IMG/VR virus record: IMGVR_UViG_3300044825_003205
Location: 1 to 64,000 of that record
Strand: one strand, 5' to 3'
DNA: 64,000 bases
DNA from: an uncultured virus (IMG/VR IMGVR_UViG_3300044825_003205)
Taxonomy: Duplodnaviria; Heunggongvirae; Uroviricota; Caudoviricetes
Shown here: one piece after another, positions 9,501 to 19,966 of the stretch
Position numbering within the stretch: the first letter of the stretch is position 1
Layout of the letters: each line of letters starts with the position of its first letter
The notes under the pieces: model-generated
The model's input: the letters and a program-made list of their open reading frames with translations, nothing else
What the model was told of the DNA's origin: nothing
The model's database searches: none
Position numbers and translations under genes: made by a program

Positions 9501-12054
9501 CTGATGTTCCTGAGCTTCCACTAGTTCCTGATGAACCGCTTGTACCAGAGCTACCACTTGTTCCTGAAGAACCATCCGAACCTGAGGTTCCTGAACTTCC
9601 GCTAGTTCCTGATGAACCGCTTGTACCAGAACTACCTGATGTACCTGATGAACCATCTGAACCTGAGGTTCCTGAGCTTCCGCTTGTACCAGAACTTCCT
9701 GATGTTCCTGAGCTTCCGCTTGTACCAGAACTTCCTGATGTTCCTGAAGAACCATCTGAACCTGAGGTTCCTGAGCTACCACTTGTTCCTGAAGAACCAT
9801 CCGAACCTGATGTTCCTGAGCTTCCACTAGTTCCTGATGAACCGCTTGTACCAGAGCTACCACTTGTTCCTGAAGAACCATCCGAACCTGATGTACCAGA
9901 GCTACCACTTGTTCCTGAAGAACCGCTTGTACCAGAGCTACCACTTGTTCCAGAACTTCCTGATGTTCCTGAACTTCCGCTAGTTCCTGATGAACCGCTT
10001 GTACCAGAGCTACCACTTGTTCCTGAAGAACCATCTGAACCTGATGTTCCTGAGCTTCCACTTGTTCCTGAACTACCACTCGTACCACTTGACCCTGAGC
10101 TTCCTGATGTACCAGCCGAACCACTGGTTCCTGATGAACCTGATGTTCCGTCCACACCTGAAATACCTGAGGTTCCTGATGTACCAGAACTACCTGAAGA
10201 GCCACTCGTTCCTGAACTTCCTGAAGAACCACTTGTTCCTGATGAACCTGATGTACCAGAACTTCCTGATGTTCCTGAACTACCTGATGAACCACTTGTT
10301 CCTGAACTACCTGACGTACCGGAACTTCCACTTGTTCCTGATGAACCATCTGTTCCAGAACTTCCTGAAGAACCAGATGTACCACTCGAACCCGAAGTAC
10401 CCGAAGTACCTGATACACCATCAACACCACTTGTACCTGAACTTCCTGATGTACCGCTAGAACCTGAAGAACCACTCGTTCCTGAAGAACCAGATGAACC
10501 ACTTGTACCTGAACTTCCTGAAGAACCACTCGTTCCTGAAGAACCAGATGAACCACTTGTACCTGAACTTCCTGAAGAACCACTTGAACCAGATGTGCCT
10601 GAGCTGCCTGATGTACCTGAGCTACCGCTTGTTCCTGATGAACCACTTGTTCCACTTGACCCAGATGTTCCTGATGTTCCTGATACACCATCAACTCCAC
10701 TAGTACCTGAACTTCCACTGGTTCCACTTGAACCAGATGTACCTGAACTGCCACTTGTTCCTGATGAACCTGATGTACCTGAACTACCACTCGTTCCTGA
10801 TGAACCTGAGGAACCACTCGTACCAGAACTTCCTGAGGTTCCTGAACTACCACTAGTTCCTGATGACCCTGATGTTCCGCTAGAACCCGATGTACCCGAA
10901 CTTCCATCACTGCCGGATGTTCCCGAAGAACCCGACGTTCCACTAGAACCAGATGTTCCTGAGGTACCCGACACACCATCTACACCACTCGTTCCTGAGG
11001 AACCTGATGTTCCTGAGGTACCTGATACACCATCAACACCACTCGTTCCTGAAGAACCACTTGTGCCAGAACTTCCTGAAGAGCCACTTGTACCTGATGA
11101 ACCTGAAGTTCCAGATGTACCAGAACTACCTGAAGTTCCAGATGTACCAGAACTACCACTAGTTCCTGATGAACCAGAAGTACCTGAGCTTCCCGATTCT
11201 CCACTTAGTGTTACAGTTACCGAACTACCACTACTTGTGACGGTAATACCCGAACCTACAAAATCTATTGAGGTAACTCCTGAAGCAATAGGTACTCCCC
11301 CACTTGATATTGTGAGTGGGTTACTTGTTGTCAGTCCTGTAATAGAAATTGTACCACCCGTGTTATTGTATAAATCCAAAGTGGAAGTGGCACTGAAGTA
11401 TGTACCTCCAGTTATATAGATGTCTAATGGAAATATTTTCCACTTAGCATCGTTTCTATCAACACCATCAACACCTTCGATTGTATTACCTGTCCACGCG
11501 TCAATAAATGCAACACCCTCAGGTGTACTCGAATTACACTCAATTGAAGTAATAATTTCTTTTGTTCCTGGAGGGTCTGTTGGGTATGTGAATTCAGAAT
11601 AGAATTCGTATAAAGCTCCCGACGCTAATGCGTCTGTATATAATTGTGAGTAATTTTCAAATGAAAATTGATAAACCTTATTTGTTTCTGCAACATAAAC
11701 AAGCATACCAACTTTTCTTCTACCTGATGAAATTCCATCATTATTGAGATGAAGAACGTTTGGAAAACCTATCGGCTCAAAATAATCAAAATCAATTGGG
11801 ATTGTCGTATTAATATCGACAACTTCTCCTGTAGTTCCTGAAGGTATAGTAAAAAGTAAATCAGAAAGAAAATTTACCGACATGTATCCACCAATGTTGT
11901 ACACATCCCATGTAATACCGTCATTGGTTGGTGGTAACGGAACTAATGGCCCTACACCTTGGAAGGTAATAAGCCCATCGTTACCCATTTCTAGGTAGTT
12001 ATCGTCTCCCCCATAGTTAATAATCGGTAATGAATTAGTTTCGTCTATCGGCAT
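6583..12054 (-). CDS. Giant fibre protein (1823 aa) with ~1200 residues of GSSGTS Gly-X-X repeats
   Basis: ORF track; globular N- and C-termini flank two Gly-X-X tracts; upstream TATTTAT motif. Confidence 0.85.
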   Translation of the reverse strand: MPIDETNSLPIINYGGDDNYLEMGNDGLITFQGVGPLVPLPPTNDGITWDVYNIGGYMSVNFLSDLLFTIPSGTTGEVVDINTTIPIDFDYFEPIGFPNVLHLNNDGISSGRRKVGMLVYVAETNKVYQFSFENYSQLYTDALASGALYEFYSEFTYPTDPPGTKEIITSIECNSSTPEGVAFIDAWTGNTIEGVDGVDRNDAKWKIFPLDIYITGGTYFSATSTLDLYNNTGGTISITGLTTSNPLTISSGGVPIASGVTSIDFVGSGITVTSSGSSVTVTLSGESGSSGTSGSSGTSGSSGTSGTSGSSGTSGTSGSSGTSGSSGSSGTSGSSGTSGVDGVSGTSGTSGSSGTSGVDGVSGTSGTSGSSGTSGSSGTSGSDGSSGTSGSSGTSGSSGTSGSSGTSGSSGTSGSSGSSGTSGSSGTSGSSGTSGSSGTSGSSGTSGSSGTSGVDGVSGTSGTSGSSGTSGSSGTSGSSGTSGSSGTSGSSGSSGSSGTSGSSGSSGTSGSSGSSGTSGSSGSSGTSGSSGSSGTSGSSGTSGVDGVSGTSGTSGSSGTSGSSGSSGTDGSSGTSGSSGTSGSSGTSGSSGSSGTSGSSGTSGSSGTSGSSGSSGTSGSSGSSGTSGTSGISGVDGTSGSSGTSGSAGTSGSSGSSGTSGSSGTSGSSGTSGSDGSSGTSGSSGTSGSSGTSGSSGTSGSSGTSGSSGTSGSSGTSGSSGTSGSDGSSGTSGSSGTSGSSGTSGSSGTSGSDGSSGTSGSSGTSGSDGSSGTSGSSGTSGSSGTSGSSGTSGSSGTSGSDGSSGTSGSSGTSGSSGTSGSSGTSGSDGSSGTSGSSGTSGSSGTSGSSGTSGSSGTSGSDGSSGTSGSSGTSGSSGTSGSSGTSGSDGSSGTSGSSGTSGSDGSSGTSGSSGTSGSSGTSGSSGTSGSSGTSGSSGTSGSSGTSGSSGTSGSDGSSGTSGSSGTSGSSGTSGSSGTSGSDGSSGTSGSSGTSGSSGTSGSSGTSGSSGTSGSSGTSGSSGTSGSSGTSGSSGTSGSSGTSGSDGSSGTSGSSGTSGSSGTSGSSGTSGSSGTSGSSGTSGSSGTSGSSGTSGSDGSSGTSGSSGTSGSSGTSGSSGTSGSSGTSGSSGTSGSSGTSGSSGTSGSDGSSGTSGSSGTSGSSGTSGSSGTSGSSGTSGSSGTSGSSGTSGSSGTSGSDGSSGTSGSSGTSGSSGTSGSSGTSGSSGTSGSSGTSGSDGSSGTSGSSGTSGSSGTSGSSGTSGSSGTSGSSGTSGSSGTSGSDGSSGTSGSSGTSGSSGTSGSSGTSGSDGSSGTSGSSGTSGSSGTSGSSGTSGSDGSSGTSGSSGTSGSSGTSGSSGTSGSSGTSGSSGTSGSSGTSGTSPDICVTSDSTISVTGNTCTDYSFTESSPAGTSGFYTYPSKTLDYLSFSGSISLQWYAIDVPNRFTVQDSTLTNVWTSGWVGFATYPGPWGPSINTPTTGNQTINVDNDTYYLKVETSISGTSDTWTVNIACLSGGSAQNTISITGDTCWVPGQHAIISYDYQNYIIGKIVSSTTNSLTYITEETVGSGVYSSWQVAPSGEPGQDGQDGSSGSSGTSGSSGTSGSSGTSGSSGTSGSSGTSGSSGTSGSSGTSGSSGTSGSSGTSGSSGTSGSSGTSGSSGTSGSSGTSGSSGTSGTGFSTVQNPALTRILTSDGTTDGAIAESGFTYDSTTKSLTILGNVFVDSASGSSLTSGTTVISLIPCVSGSSANFDYFVQGVSNEIRTGVVLAAWNCSGTTYTEYSTPDLNGSTEGISFQVDVNSSNIRLKAVVTSGTWLVKVATKITF
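7027..7325 (-). repeat. Short coding GSSGTS tract (~100 codons)
   Basis: Tandem 9/18-nt units such as gaaccacttgttcccgatgaacctgatgtgcca. Confidence 0.9.
7918..11202 (-). repeat. Long coding GSSGTS/GSD/GVD tandem repeat (~3.3 kb, ~1095 codons)
   Basis: Gly at every third residue throughout; 9-nt units with higher-order repeated blocks. Confidence 0.95.
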
Positions 12055-12083
12055 TTCTTATAAATATTTTTATAATTTTTTTA

Positions 12084-13934
12084 CTAAAGGTTTACTCGAT
12101 TATTTCCACCTCTAAAGTAGAAGTTTTGTCCGTTTAATCTTGGTCTTAAACCATTTTGTGAATATGAAGTATAAACTCTATAGTATCCCGCAGGTATATT
12201 TGTAGAGCCGGTGTAATTAACAACCCTGTTGTAGAAGTTAAGTGTTGAAGCAATTTCTTGTTGTGTCGTAGGATTTCTACTTATTGAAATTGCGGTGTAT
12301 GCTTGTCCTGGTGTTGAGCCTGTAGGTACGAACCATGTGTACCAAGCTTGAGGACTTTGACCGCCTGTTATAGGAAGTGTATTTCCAGAAACTACTGTAG
12401 TTTGGAATCTTCCCGCAACAACAGGAACACCAAATGAATCAACACCTCTTGACAAGCTTGATATTGGTGCCGTCAATATTGCAGGTTGTGTAGTTCCCCA
12501 TCCAGAGTAACTCATATATGCGTTGAATCTATTGTTGAAGTTTTGTTGTGCAAGTACCGGACCACTCACTCCTCTGAACGCAAATGCTATGTGTACAGAA
12601 GTTGGTGACAATCCTGTTGCTGTAGTATCAGGTGTAACCCCCATAAACTTGTAAGACCACCTGTACTGTACCCCTTGGTTTCCATTTTGACCATTAGTAT
12701 ATCCTACAGGTAAACTTTGTGCTGTGGCATCACTTGCACTTGCAATGACTACCAAATCATTTTCCTGTAGTCCCGTAGGTAGTGTAATTGATGTTGTTGT
12801 TGATTGTGTTTGTCCGATATATTGTATTTGTGGTATTGTACCTGCAACAGGTCTCAAGGCAATTGTTGAAGCAACCCAAGCATCACTTCCAGTTCCACCA
12901 AATACTCCAGGATTTGTTAATCCGGCAGTTGCTTGTTGTGTGAATGCTGCCATAACAGTAGCCCCGTTTTCAATGCTACCGTATTGTGCCGCCCCTATCA
13001 AACTATATCCTGTAGGTGCAAGTACTGAAGATGCAACCACCTCGTCATCCAAGAATCCTAATGAAACAATTACATCACCATTAGTAACTGTAGTAATTGC
13101 AGGTGAGTTCGGCATACCCGCAGCCCCCGTAGAGACAGCCGGTGTATTAACATCTAATGGACTGTCACCTAATGCCCCTAATGGGTTACCTATATTGAAT
13201 CCACCCCACGTACTTCCTTGACTTAACATGTAGGAAGCCAAATCATTTCTTTGGGCCACGGTATTTACATCCATAATTAAGTAAGCGGTTGTAATTATTG
13301 CCGGTGTTAACGACGGTGTTGGAGTTTGTGTAGGAGTTTCAGTGAGTGTTGGTGTAACTGTTGTTGTGACTGTAGGTGTCTGTGTTGGTGTTTCAGTTGG
13401 AGTTTGTGTTGGTGTTGGAGTTTGTGTTTCAGTTGGGGTAATTGTTGTAGTGACCGACGGTGTCGGTGTTGGCGTTGGTGTTGCTCCTTGTGTTTGTGAA
13501 ACAGAAGGTGTTATTGTCGGTGTTGGCGTTGGTGTTGCTCCTTGTGTTTGTGAAACAGAAGGTGTTATTGTCGGTGTTGGCGTATTAGTTGCTGTTATAG
13601 ATGGAGTTGGTGTGTTAGTTGCTGTTATAGATGGAGTGATTGTTATTGTCGGAGTGATTGTTGGAGTAATTGTCGGTGTTGGTGTCGGTGTTGGAGATGC
13701 AATCTGACAAGGTAATATTTCGAATCTTTGACAGTCGTTTGCATCAATCATAATCAACATGACGGATGGCGCATTGTCAAATATTGCGGGTAAAGTAGTA
13801 AACGCTAATTCTGGTGGAACTGGACCTGAAGATATAGTGGCAAGAAAATACCTATTGTTTCCGTATATGTCTGCAACATACAGGTCAACAGGATAAGTAA
13901 CCCCAGTTATACCATCTATTCTAATCTGTGTCAT
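12084..13934 (-). CDS. Virion structural/fibre-associated protein with a Pro/Thr-rich linker
   Basis: ORF track; ~130-aa TPTPT tract; Gly/Thr-rich beta-type C-terminal half; ATGA overlap with the upstream gene. Confidence 0.7.
   Translation of the reverse strand: MTQIRIDGITGVTYPVDLYVADIYGNNRYFLATISSGPVPPELAFTTLPAIFDNAPSVMLIMIDANDCQRFEILPCQIASPTPTPTPTITPTITPTITITPSITATNTPTPSITATNTPTPTITPSVSQTQGATPTPTPTITPSVSQTQGATPTPTPTPSVTTTITPTETQTPTPTQTPTETPTQTPTVTTTVTPTLTETPTQTPTPSLTPAIITTAYLIMDVNTVAQRNDLASYMLSQGSTWGGFNIGNPLGALGDSPLDVNTPAVSTGAAGMPNSPAITTVTNGDVIVSLGFLDDEVVASSVLAPTGYSLIGAAQYGSIENGATVMAAFTQQATAGLTNPGVFGGTGSDAWVASTIALRPVAGTIPQIQYIGQTQSTTTSITLPTGLQENDLVVIASASDATAQSLPVGYTNGQNGNQGVQYRWSYKFMGVTPDTTATGLSPTSVHIAFAFRGVSGPVLAQQNFNNRFNAYMSYSGWGTTQPAILTAPISSLSRGVDSFGVPVVAGRFQTTVVSGNTLPITGGQSPQAWYTWFVPTGSTPGQAYTAISISRNPTTQQEIASTLNFYNRVVNYTGSTNIPAGYYRVYTSYSQNGLRPRLNGQNFYFRGGNNRVNL
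13461..13583. repeat. Perfect 54-bp tandem duplication (about 2.3 copies) in the PT linker
   Basis: tgtcggtgttggcgttggtgttgctccttgtgtttgtgaaacagaaggtgttat at 13461 and 13515, partial copy at 13569. Confidence 0.9.
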
Positions 13935-16057
13935 GATTCACATTTTACGTCATACTCAATCAGGACATCTATTGTTAGAATCTGATTTTGTAATGGACCG
14001 TCTACGTTTGTTTGTATTGTTATTTTATTATTTAAGGCGTCTATAGTAACACCAATAATACCTGGTATTGTCATTAATAAGGAATCTATCGCACTATACC
14101 ATTGATTATCTGACGGCGCTACAAGTAAAGAATTTGTTGTGAAGAACTGACTTGTGTATACACTCCCCAAAGGTTCAACTGTAACCTTGGCAATAAAATC
14201 TGCACTTATCAAATTACAATTTGTATTAGTCAAAGTCAGGTCGTAAAAACCTTCATTCAACATTTGTAAGAGACCACATTTAGAACCTCCTTTAGATTGG
14301 AAAGCCTCATTACCCATAACATAAACTTGGTAAGAAATAAGGTTTTGAGTACAATTTACAACCATACTTCTTCTTAAAGAACAACCAAGACTATCAACTA
14401 CAGTCACACTATAAGTTCCCGCAGTTAATCCTGTTACAGTAATCGATTGTGGATTACCAATAACATTACTAGACCAAGTGAATGTAAATGGAGGTTCACC
14501 TGAAGAAATAAATGCAGTCATAGTTCCTTGGTCTCCAGTACCACAACTTGTCGATATTAAACTATAAGTAAGTGGTTCTGAGGTATCTATAAAAATTTGT
14601 TGTGTTTGAATACATCCGTTTGCATCACTGACTGAAACCGAGTGAGAACCTGATGTTATATTTGTTAAGGTAACCGCCGATTGTATTGTGTTAGCCACTT
14701 GAACAACCCCGTCAAGTAAATAATTGTATGGTTCGGTACCTCCGGTCGATTTAACAATAGTTATTTGTCCGTTGTTTTGCCCACAAGTCGTACCGGTTGT
14801 TGATGCGGTTATTGTGAATAGATTTTCAGTTATAATTGTAACATAATCACCATAAGAACATCCTGAGAAATCTTGGACAGAAACAAAATACGTTCCACCT
14901 GACAATGAAGAAAAAGTATTAGAATTATTTGATGTTGAAACAACTGAGGTTCCACCATTTGGATTCACTAACGTATAAGTATATGGAGTTGTTCCATTGA
15001 TTACACTGATTTGTATCGACCCATCGTTGTCTGAGCAACCAGAATTATTCCCTTGAATTGAAACAGAACTAATCCCATTTGGTGTTAATAGTTCTGTTGT
15101 CTGAGTAAAAGTACAAAATCCTGCGTCGGTCACTGTTACGGAGTAAGAACCTGAGGGTAAACCTGAGACCGTAAAACTTTGTGCGTATGATATCTCGTTA
15201 TTCCCTGACGATGCAGAATAGTAATAAGGTGCAGTTCCTCCTGTTATGTTTAAAGTAACAACACCATTACTCGCAAAACAAGTTGGTTGTGTCACTATAA
15301 AATTTCCGAAACCAACTGGACTAACATCTACAATTACTCCGTTTTTGGTTACTACACATCCCGTTGCATCCGTAACTGTTACGGTATAATTACCTGAAGT
15401 CAAACCAGTAATCGAACTTGTAGTTTGATTGTTACTCCAAAGGTATGTATATGGTGCAGTTCCTGTTTGACCTGTCACATAAAGTTTACCGAGTGGAGCT
15501 CCACCACAACTAGAATTCGGAACTACGTAGAGTCCAAAATCCATAGGTGAAGATTCTTCGACAATAATGGTTTCTGAAATACCTGTACAACCTCCTATGT
15601 CTTGCACAAGTAAATAATATGTGCCTGCCGTTAGATTTTGAAATATAGCTTCGTTAGTATTTGTAACCGCTGATGTAATATAAACATCACTACCCGAATA
15701 CAAGTAAAAATTAGTTGAAGAATAGTTGGAAGTCGAACTACCCGTGATTGAACCATTGTTCAAACCACAAGTCGTATTCTGCACTGCAGTGACATTAGCA
15801 CAAACACCACTTGATACTGGTATGTTAATAAAAAATTCTAAATTTGTTGGAAGTGAACTATCGTTGACATTGACGGTATATTCACCAGCAGAAAGTCCTG
15901 TCCTTATCGAAGGGAATGAATACACCGTATCAACACCCAAATTTGGTGTTGTCCACTGAACTGTGTAAGGAGGTGTACCTCCTGACAGTCGAAGACTAAT
16001 TGCTCCTGAAGTTGAACAGGCACCTGTGGTTGATATGTTATATTGAAAACTAGCCAT
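13931..16057 (-). CDS. SprB-repeat-containing virion protein
   Basis: About seven repeats of the form C....G.I.....GGT.PY.Y.W......GL..G.Y.V.V.D..GC, characteristic of SprB repeats of Flavobacterium adhesins. Confidence 0.8.
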   Translation of the reverse strand: MASFQYNISTTGACSTSGAISLRLSGGTPPYTVQWTTPNLGVDTVYSFPSIRTGLSAGEYTVNVNDSSLPTNLEFFINIPVSSGVCANVTAVQNTTCGLNNGSITGSSTSNYSSTNFYLYSGSDVYITSAVTNTNEAIFQNLTAGTYYLLVQDIGGCTGISETIIVEESSPMDFGLYVVPNSSCGGAPLGKLYVTGQTGTAPYTYLWSNNQTTSSITGLTSGNYTVTVTDATGCVVTKNGVIVDVSPVGFGNFIVTQPTCFASNGVVTLNITGGTAPYYYSASSGNNEISYAQSFTVSGLPSGSYSVTVTDAGFCTFTQTTELLTPNGISSVSIQGNNSGCSDNDGSIQISVINGTTPYTYTLVNPNGGTSVVSTSNNSNTFSSLSGGTYFVSVQDFSGCSYGDYVTIITENLFTITASTTGTTCGQNNGQITIVKSTGGTEPYNYLLDGVVQVANTIQSAVTLTNITSGSHSVSVSDANGCIQTQQIFIDTSEPLTYSLISTSCGTGDQGTMTAFISSGEPPFTFTWSSNVIGNPQSITVTGLTAGTYSVTVVDSLGCSLRRSMVVNCTQNLISYQVYVMGNEAFQSKGGSKCGLLQMLNEGFYDLTLTNTNCNLISADFIAKVTVEPLGSVYTSQFFTTNSLLVAPSDNQWYSAIDSLLMTIPGIIGVTIDALNNKITIQTNVDGPLQNQILTIDVLIEYDVKCES

Positions 16058-19031
16058 CTACACAGTTGATTTCCAAATTAATTCCAACATTTAGTGTGAG
16101 TTCTTCACCTAAGTTCATCGCTGTAAGTGTGAGGTTATATATTGTGAGGAAGTTCCCATTTATAAAATATCCAAGATTATCATTAACTAAAGTTGGTAGA
16201 TATAAATTCAAGGCATTTTTCCAGTCTGTGTTTGATGGAACGTCATCGTTACCGAAACCAACATAGAACTGTCCTTGTATTAATATTTGATTTGATAATC
16301 TCAAATCAACGAACCATGTAGATTTAACACTATCAAGAGCACAATCATTGAGTGTTAAACCTAAACTGTTTACGTAATTTGTAATACGGTTATTCAATAT
16401 AGAATCAAAGTTTGAAACTGATACATCCCCATTTAACCAAGGATATATAAAGAAATCAACATACTCAGTATTACAATTGTAACTGAATATGTTCGATACA
16501 ATTTCACAAGGTTGTGCAGGTACAGGAATGAACTGACATCCTCTTTGTCTCCTGTAAACAAATTTCTGTTTGTGAAGTACTGAGTTTTCATATTTTATAC
16601 CTGTGTTCCATATTGTCGTTGCGGGAACCATTTGTTCAACCAACTTCATCCAATATGGACCCATACCAATTACATAATCAATTAACTTTTGATATGTATA
16701 TTTGTTATTCGGTATCCCGACAGTTTGTTCGGATTCAATATATTTCCAAAATATAGATTGTAAGTTTGGATAACCACCTGTTTTACCGTCTGTTATAAAT
16801 TGTCTATTTCTTGTATTAATCATGTTCTGCCAAAAAGTTTGGTAGAACTCAAAGAAAGTTTTCTTTTTTGGTTCGGGGTCCACAAAAGTAGAATCAACTC
16901 CTCCTGGTACAGGAAAATTAACTGTTAATCCACTTTCTGGTATTGGGTAATCAAATTTTACTGACTCATCCCAAACATCATAAACCAATCCTTGGCCAGG
17001 GTTTAGAGCAATTTCAACGTTTTTAACGTTCAATACTAATTTTTCTGTGTCAGCAAAATAATATGCATTATAATCTCCTCCCGTTGATATTCTTATTTTG
17101 TTGTCGTCTTCAAGCCAAGATTTTTTGTTATCAATAACTTTTCTTAGTTTGAATCCTTCTGTCATGTATGGAAACTGCCTGTACACATCAAGGTAAAGTT
17201 GTCCGTAAGTAAAAGGTTCTAATTGAGTTTGGATGTCAAAATTCTGACCCGTATAAACCTGACCCGTTATTGTTACTTGGTCCGGACTTCTGTGCTGAGG
17301 GGTACTTTCATACCAACCAGCACCTTTTTGAAAAAACATATCTTCAGTCGGTCGTGGTGCCCTTGGAAAACCAAACTCATCTACCGGATAGTCTAATCTA
17401 TCCACCACAACATCTTGATATATATCGGTTGTCGTAAATGCAGTATATAATTGTCCTTTTATACTATATGTTTCTCCAGGTAATAAACTTGGGACCTCTT
17501 GTTGGTAAGTTCCTCCCGATATTTGAGCAAATTCTGTACGGAAAGTTTCCATATTCACTCTTTGGTCGGCAAGGTATATGTTTTCGTTGAATTCTATCAA
17601 CGCGTCTGGCGCACCAATTAGTCTCAATAAAAACTCTATTGACCTCCTAGTTCCCTTTGATTTGAAAAGGTATGCAGAATTCAAAATTAAATTTCTATAA
17701 AATTGATAATTCAACTCAGTAGGTGTGTATGGTCTCGATAGACCTTCATACTCATTTAACGCACCTCCACCGAAAACACTTTGTAAAAAGTTTTCGGTAG
17801 TTATCGGTGAAAAGTTCGAAGACCATCCCAAAGTTTGTGATAAGTTATACAATAACTGTGATGGTATATCGTCTTGCGGTAAGTAGTTAACGGAATTCAT
17901 GTATGCCAACGCATCAATAAATTGTTTTACTTGGTCAAAAGACCTTCCATATATTTGAAATATTTTCTCTACTTTCTGTCCTAAAGTGTCGAAGTCTTTT
18001 AAAGAGCCTGACACTAAAAAACGAGAAATCAAATTCGTTTTAAACTCATCTAAATTAACCGCAATCGCATCTAGTTGTGATAAGTAGTTGTCAAAACTTG
18101 ATGACCTAATATCTAAATTCCAAACACCATCTTTAGGCCATGTCACGATTTGTTCTGCGATATAAAATTGACCTGAAGCGTCTTGTTGGGGAACTTTGAA
18201 CATTGCGGTATATTCAGGAGTTATAAGTCTGTTCAACAAAAATTTTTCAACTTCATCAAAATCTTCTTCAAAAACTTTGTCTACAGTCACAGTATTCGGT
18301 CTTATTTCGAAATCCTCATACCACGTAGTTGCCGTGAATCCAAATGGTGCTCCTGAAACATACATTCCTATATAACCACTCGATAATGAAGTCGACGGTT
18401 GAAAAGAAACTAAATTATATTCCTCTTCATTTAAAGAAATACAATAACTCAGATAAGTGTTATTTAGATTTCTATAAATCGAAGTTTCAAGTTCTCTTAC
18501 TTGTAAATTTGTTGTGGCACTAACACTAAAATCAATATCGAAAGGATTATGTATTCTGTCAACGTTAATCTCAAGGTAAGTCTCATTTTCTACAGGGTCA
18601 TAATCTATATTTACCGCAGTTGCCCCTGTAGTGAAATCTATTTGTGTATATAAAATATCCAACGCTGCTGGAAAGAAATTAATAATTTTTGATGCGGATA
18701 CTGCAAATCTTTTTGATAAAGAACCATACATGGTAAAGTTCAAAACTTCGGATACATCATAGTTAGGCACAACCCTGAATTGTGTCTGTTGTATGATTCT
18801 ACTATCAAATAATGTGTTGACATCAATATCACTCAAAGAAATTGGTGAAGAAAAAGCACCAATATTGAAAGTTCTATTAACTTTTTCAACTACTGATGTT
18901 GTGAATTCAAAGTTACCTTGGGTCAATCCTCCTCCTGTTACCGTCTGTAAACCAACGATATCATCCGAGAATGTTCCTGCACCATTACCAGGTCTCGGGG
19001 GATAAAAATATTTGTCTCTGATAACCGCCAT
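16050..19031 (-). CDS. Baseplate wedge protein (P2 gpI / T4 gp7-like region)
   Basis: LLYNLSQTLGW...YRNLILNSAYLFKSKGTRRSIEFLLRLIG resembles the gpI-like KGT motif; baseplate context. Confidence 0.65.
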   Translation of the reverse strand: MAVIRDKYFYPPRPGNGAGTFSDDIVGLQTVTGGGLTQGNFEFTTSVVEKVNRTFNIGAFSSPISLSDIDVNTLFDSRIIQQTQFRVVPNYDVSEVLNFTMYGSLSKRFAVSASKIINFFPAALDILYTQIDFTTGATAVNIDYDPVENETYLEINVDRIHNPFDIDFSVSATTNLQVRELETSIYRNLNNTYLSYCISLNEEEYNLVSFQPSTSLSSGYIGMYVSGAPFGFTATTWYEDFEIRPNTVTVDKVFEEDFDEVEKFLLNRLITPEYTAMFKVPQQDASGQFYIAEQIVTWPKDGVWNLDIRSSSFDNYLSQLDAIAVNLDEFKTNLISRFLVSGSLKDFDTLGQKVEKIFQIYGRSFDQVKQFIDALAYMNSVNYLPQDDIPSQLLYNLSQTLGWSSNFSPITTENFLQSVFGGGALNEYEGLSRPYTPTELNYQFYRNLILNSAYLFKSKGTRRSIEFLLRLIGAPDALIEFNENIYLADQRVNMETFRTEFAQISGGTYQQEVPSLLPGETYSIKGQLYTAFTTTDIYQDVVVDRLDYPVDEFGFPRAPRPTEDMFFQKGAGWYESTPQHRSPDQVTITGQVYTGQNFDIQTQLEPFTYGQLYLDVYRQFPYMTEGFKLRKVIDNKKSWLEDDNKIRISTGGDYNAYYFADTEKLVLNVKNVEIALNPGQGLVYDVWDESVKFDYPIPESGLTVNFPVPGGVDSTFVDPEPKKKTFFEFYQTFWQNMINTRNRQFITDGKTGGYPNLQSIFWKYIESEQTVGIPNNKYTYQKLIDYVIGMGPYWMKLVEQMVPATTIWNTGIKYENSVLHKQKFVYRRQRGCQFIPVPAQPCEIVSNIFSYNCNTEYVDFFIYPWLNGDVSVSNFDSILNNRITNYVNSLGLTLNDCALDSVKSTWFVDLRLSNQILIQGQFYVGFGNDDVPSNTDWKNALNLYLPTLVNDNLGYFINGNFLTIYNLTLTAMNLGEELTLNVGINLEINCVDG

Positions 19032-19939
19032 TAACTTGTGATGGTGTTAAAGTTCTTACTAAAATCAATATTATTACCTCTACTTTGTCTAACCTCATAA
19101 AGAAGAGCATTAAATTGGTCTCTAATTTCATAAAGGTTGTATTGTCTGTAGATGTTATTTTGAGAGTCGTAGATTGTGTAGATACCATCATCGATAGATT
19201 TGGTCTGATTACCGTAAAGAGCAATTGCAAGAGAAGATATATCGTATTCAACCATTTCAATCTCCAATGTTACAGGATTAAAAAACGTGTTTGTTATAAT
19301 AATTTCTTGGTCTGGTTGTCCAATAAATGGAGTTGCGTTAGGTTTGTTAGTGGGTGAGGATGAAGGTGAAACAGTTAAAAATAAAAGATTAGACTGACCA
19401 TCGACATATCTATACCTTATCGCTTTTTGTGTTGTGTTAACTTGATTTGTTACTACAGGTTCACAGTAAAATGATGATGTAACTATTCTAAAGAAGTTTG
19501 GTATTTTTGAACCGTCATTATTTAGATATTCAATTCTGAATCCTACAAGCCCTTGTGGTACGAATTTATTTAAAGACGCTGGTGGGACATTTGATAAATC
19601 AATAACGAGTCCTTTAACATTAGGTAATGCACTTAATACACCGCAATCCGTAATTACTGTTCTTATTTGAGCTGGTCTCAAATAGAGTGTGTATATACCG
19701 AGTTGAGTAAACTCATTTGCTGGTAATGTTAAATTGTATAATCCACCCAAAACTTCAACTCCATCATTTCCTCCTGTTGCATCATTGTTGAAGTAAGGTC
19801 TCAAAACTGTTGGAGCGTCCAAGGTTTTTAAAACGAAATTATCTGTAACATCTCTTGAGGGTGTGTAGTTCATTATTATCTGAACATCTTCAGGTGAAAC
19901 GTCACTTGGCCTTAGTGTTCCGTATGTACCGATTGCCAT
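19031..19939 (-). CDS. Putative virion structural protein
   Basis: ORF track; TAATG coupling to the next gene; upstream TATTTAT motif. Confidence 0.55.
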   Translation of the reverse strand: MAIGTYGTLRPSDVSPEDVQIIMNYTPSRDVTDNFVLKTLDAPTVLRPYFNNDATGGNDGVEVLGGLYNLTLPANEFTQLGIYTLYLRPAQIRTVITDCGVLSALPNVKGLVIDLSNVPPASLNKFVPQGLVGFRIEYLNNDGSKIPNFFRIVTSSFYCEPVVTNQVNTTQKAIRYRYVDGQSNLLFLTVSPSSSPTNKPNATPFIGQPDQEIIITNTFFNPVTLEIEMVEYDISSLAIALYGNQTKSIDDGIYTIYDSQNNIYRQYNLYEIRDQFNALLYEVRQSRGNNIDFSKNFNTITS

Positions 19940-19966
19940 ATCTAAAAATTATATTTAATAAATAGT

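Noticed and set aside
7918..11202. Possible CRISPR array
   Set aside because: No unique spacers; 9-nt periodicity in frame within a CDS; no cas genes
6941..11419. Alternate-frame ORFs, including the 1025-aa VLQEQVV ORF (7902..10979) and the plus-strand PE-rich ORFs
   Set aside because: Frame and strand shadows confined to the 9-nt periodic repeat, with no unique flanking domains
13342..13707. Plus-strand VGVGV-rich ORF
   Set aside because: Antisense of the Thr/Pro linker
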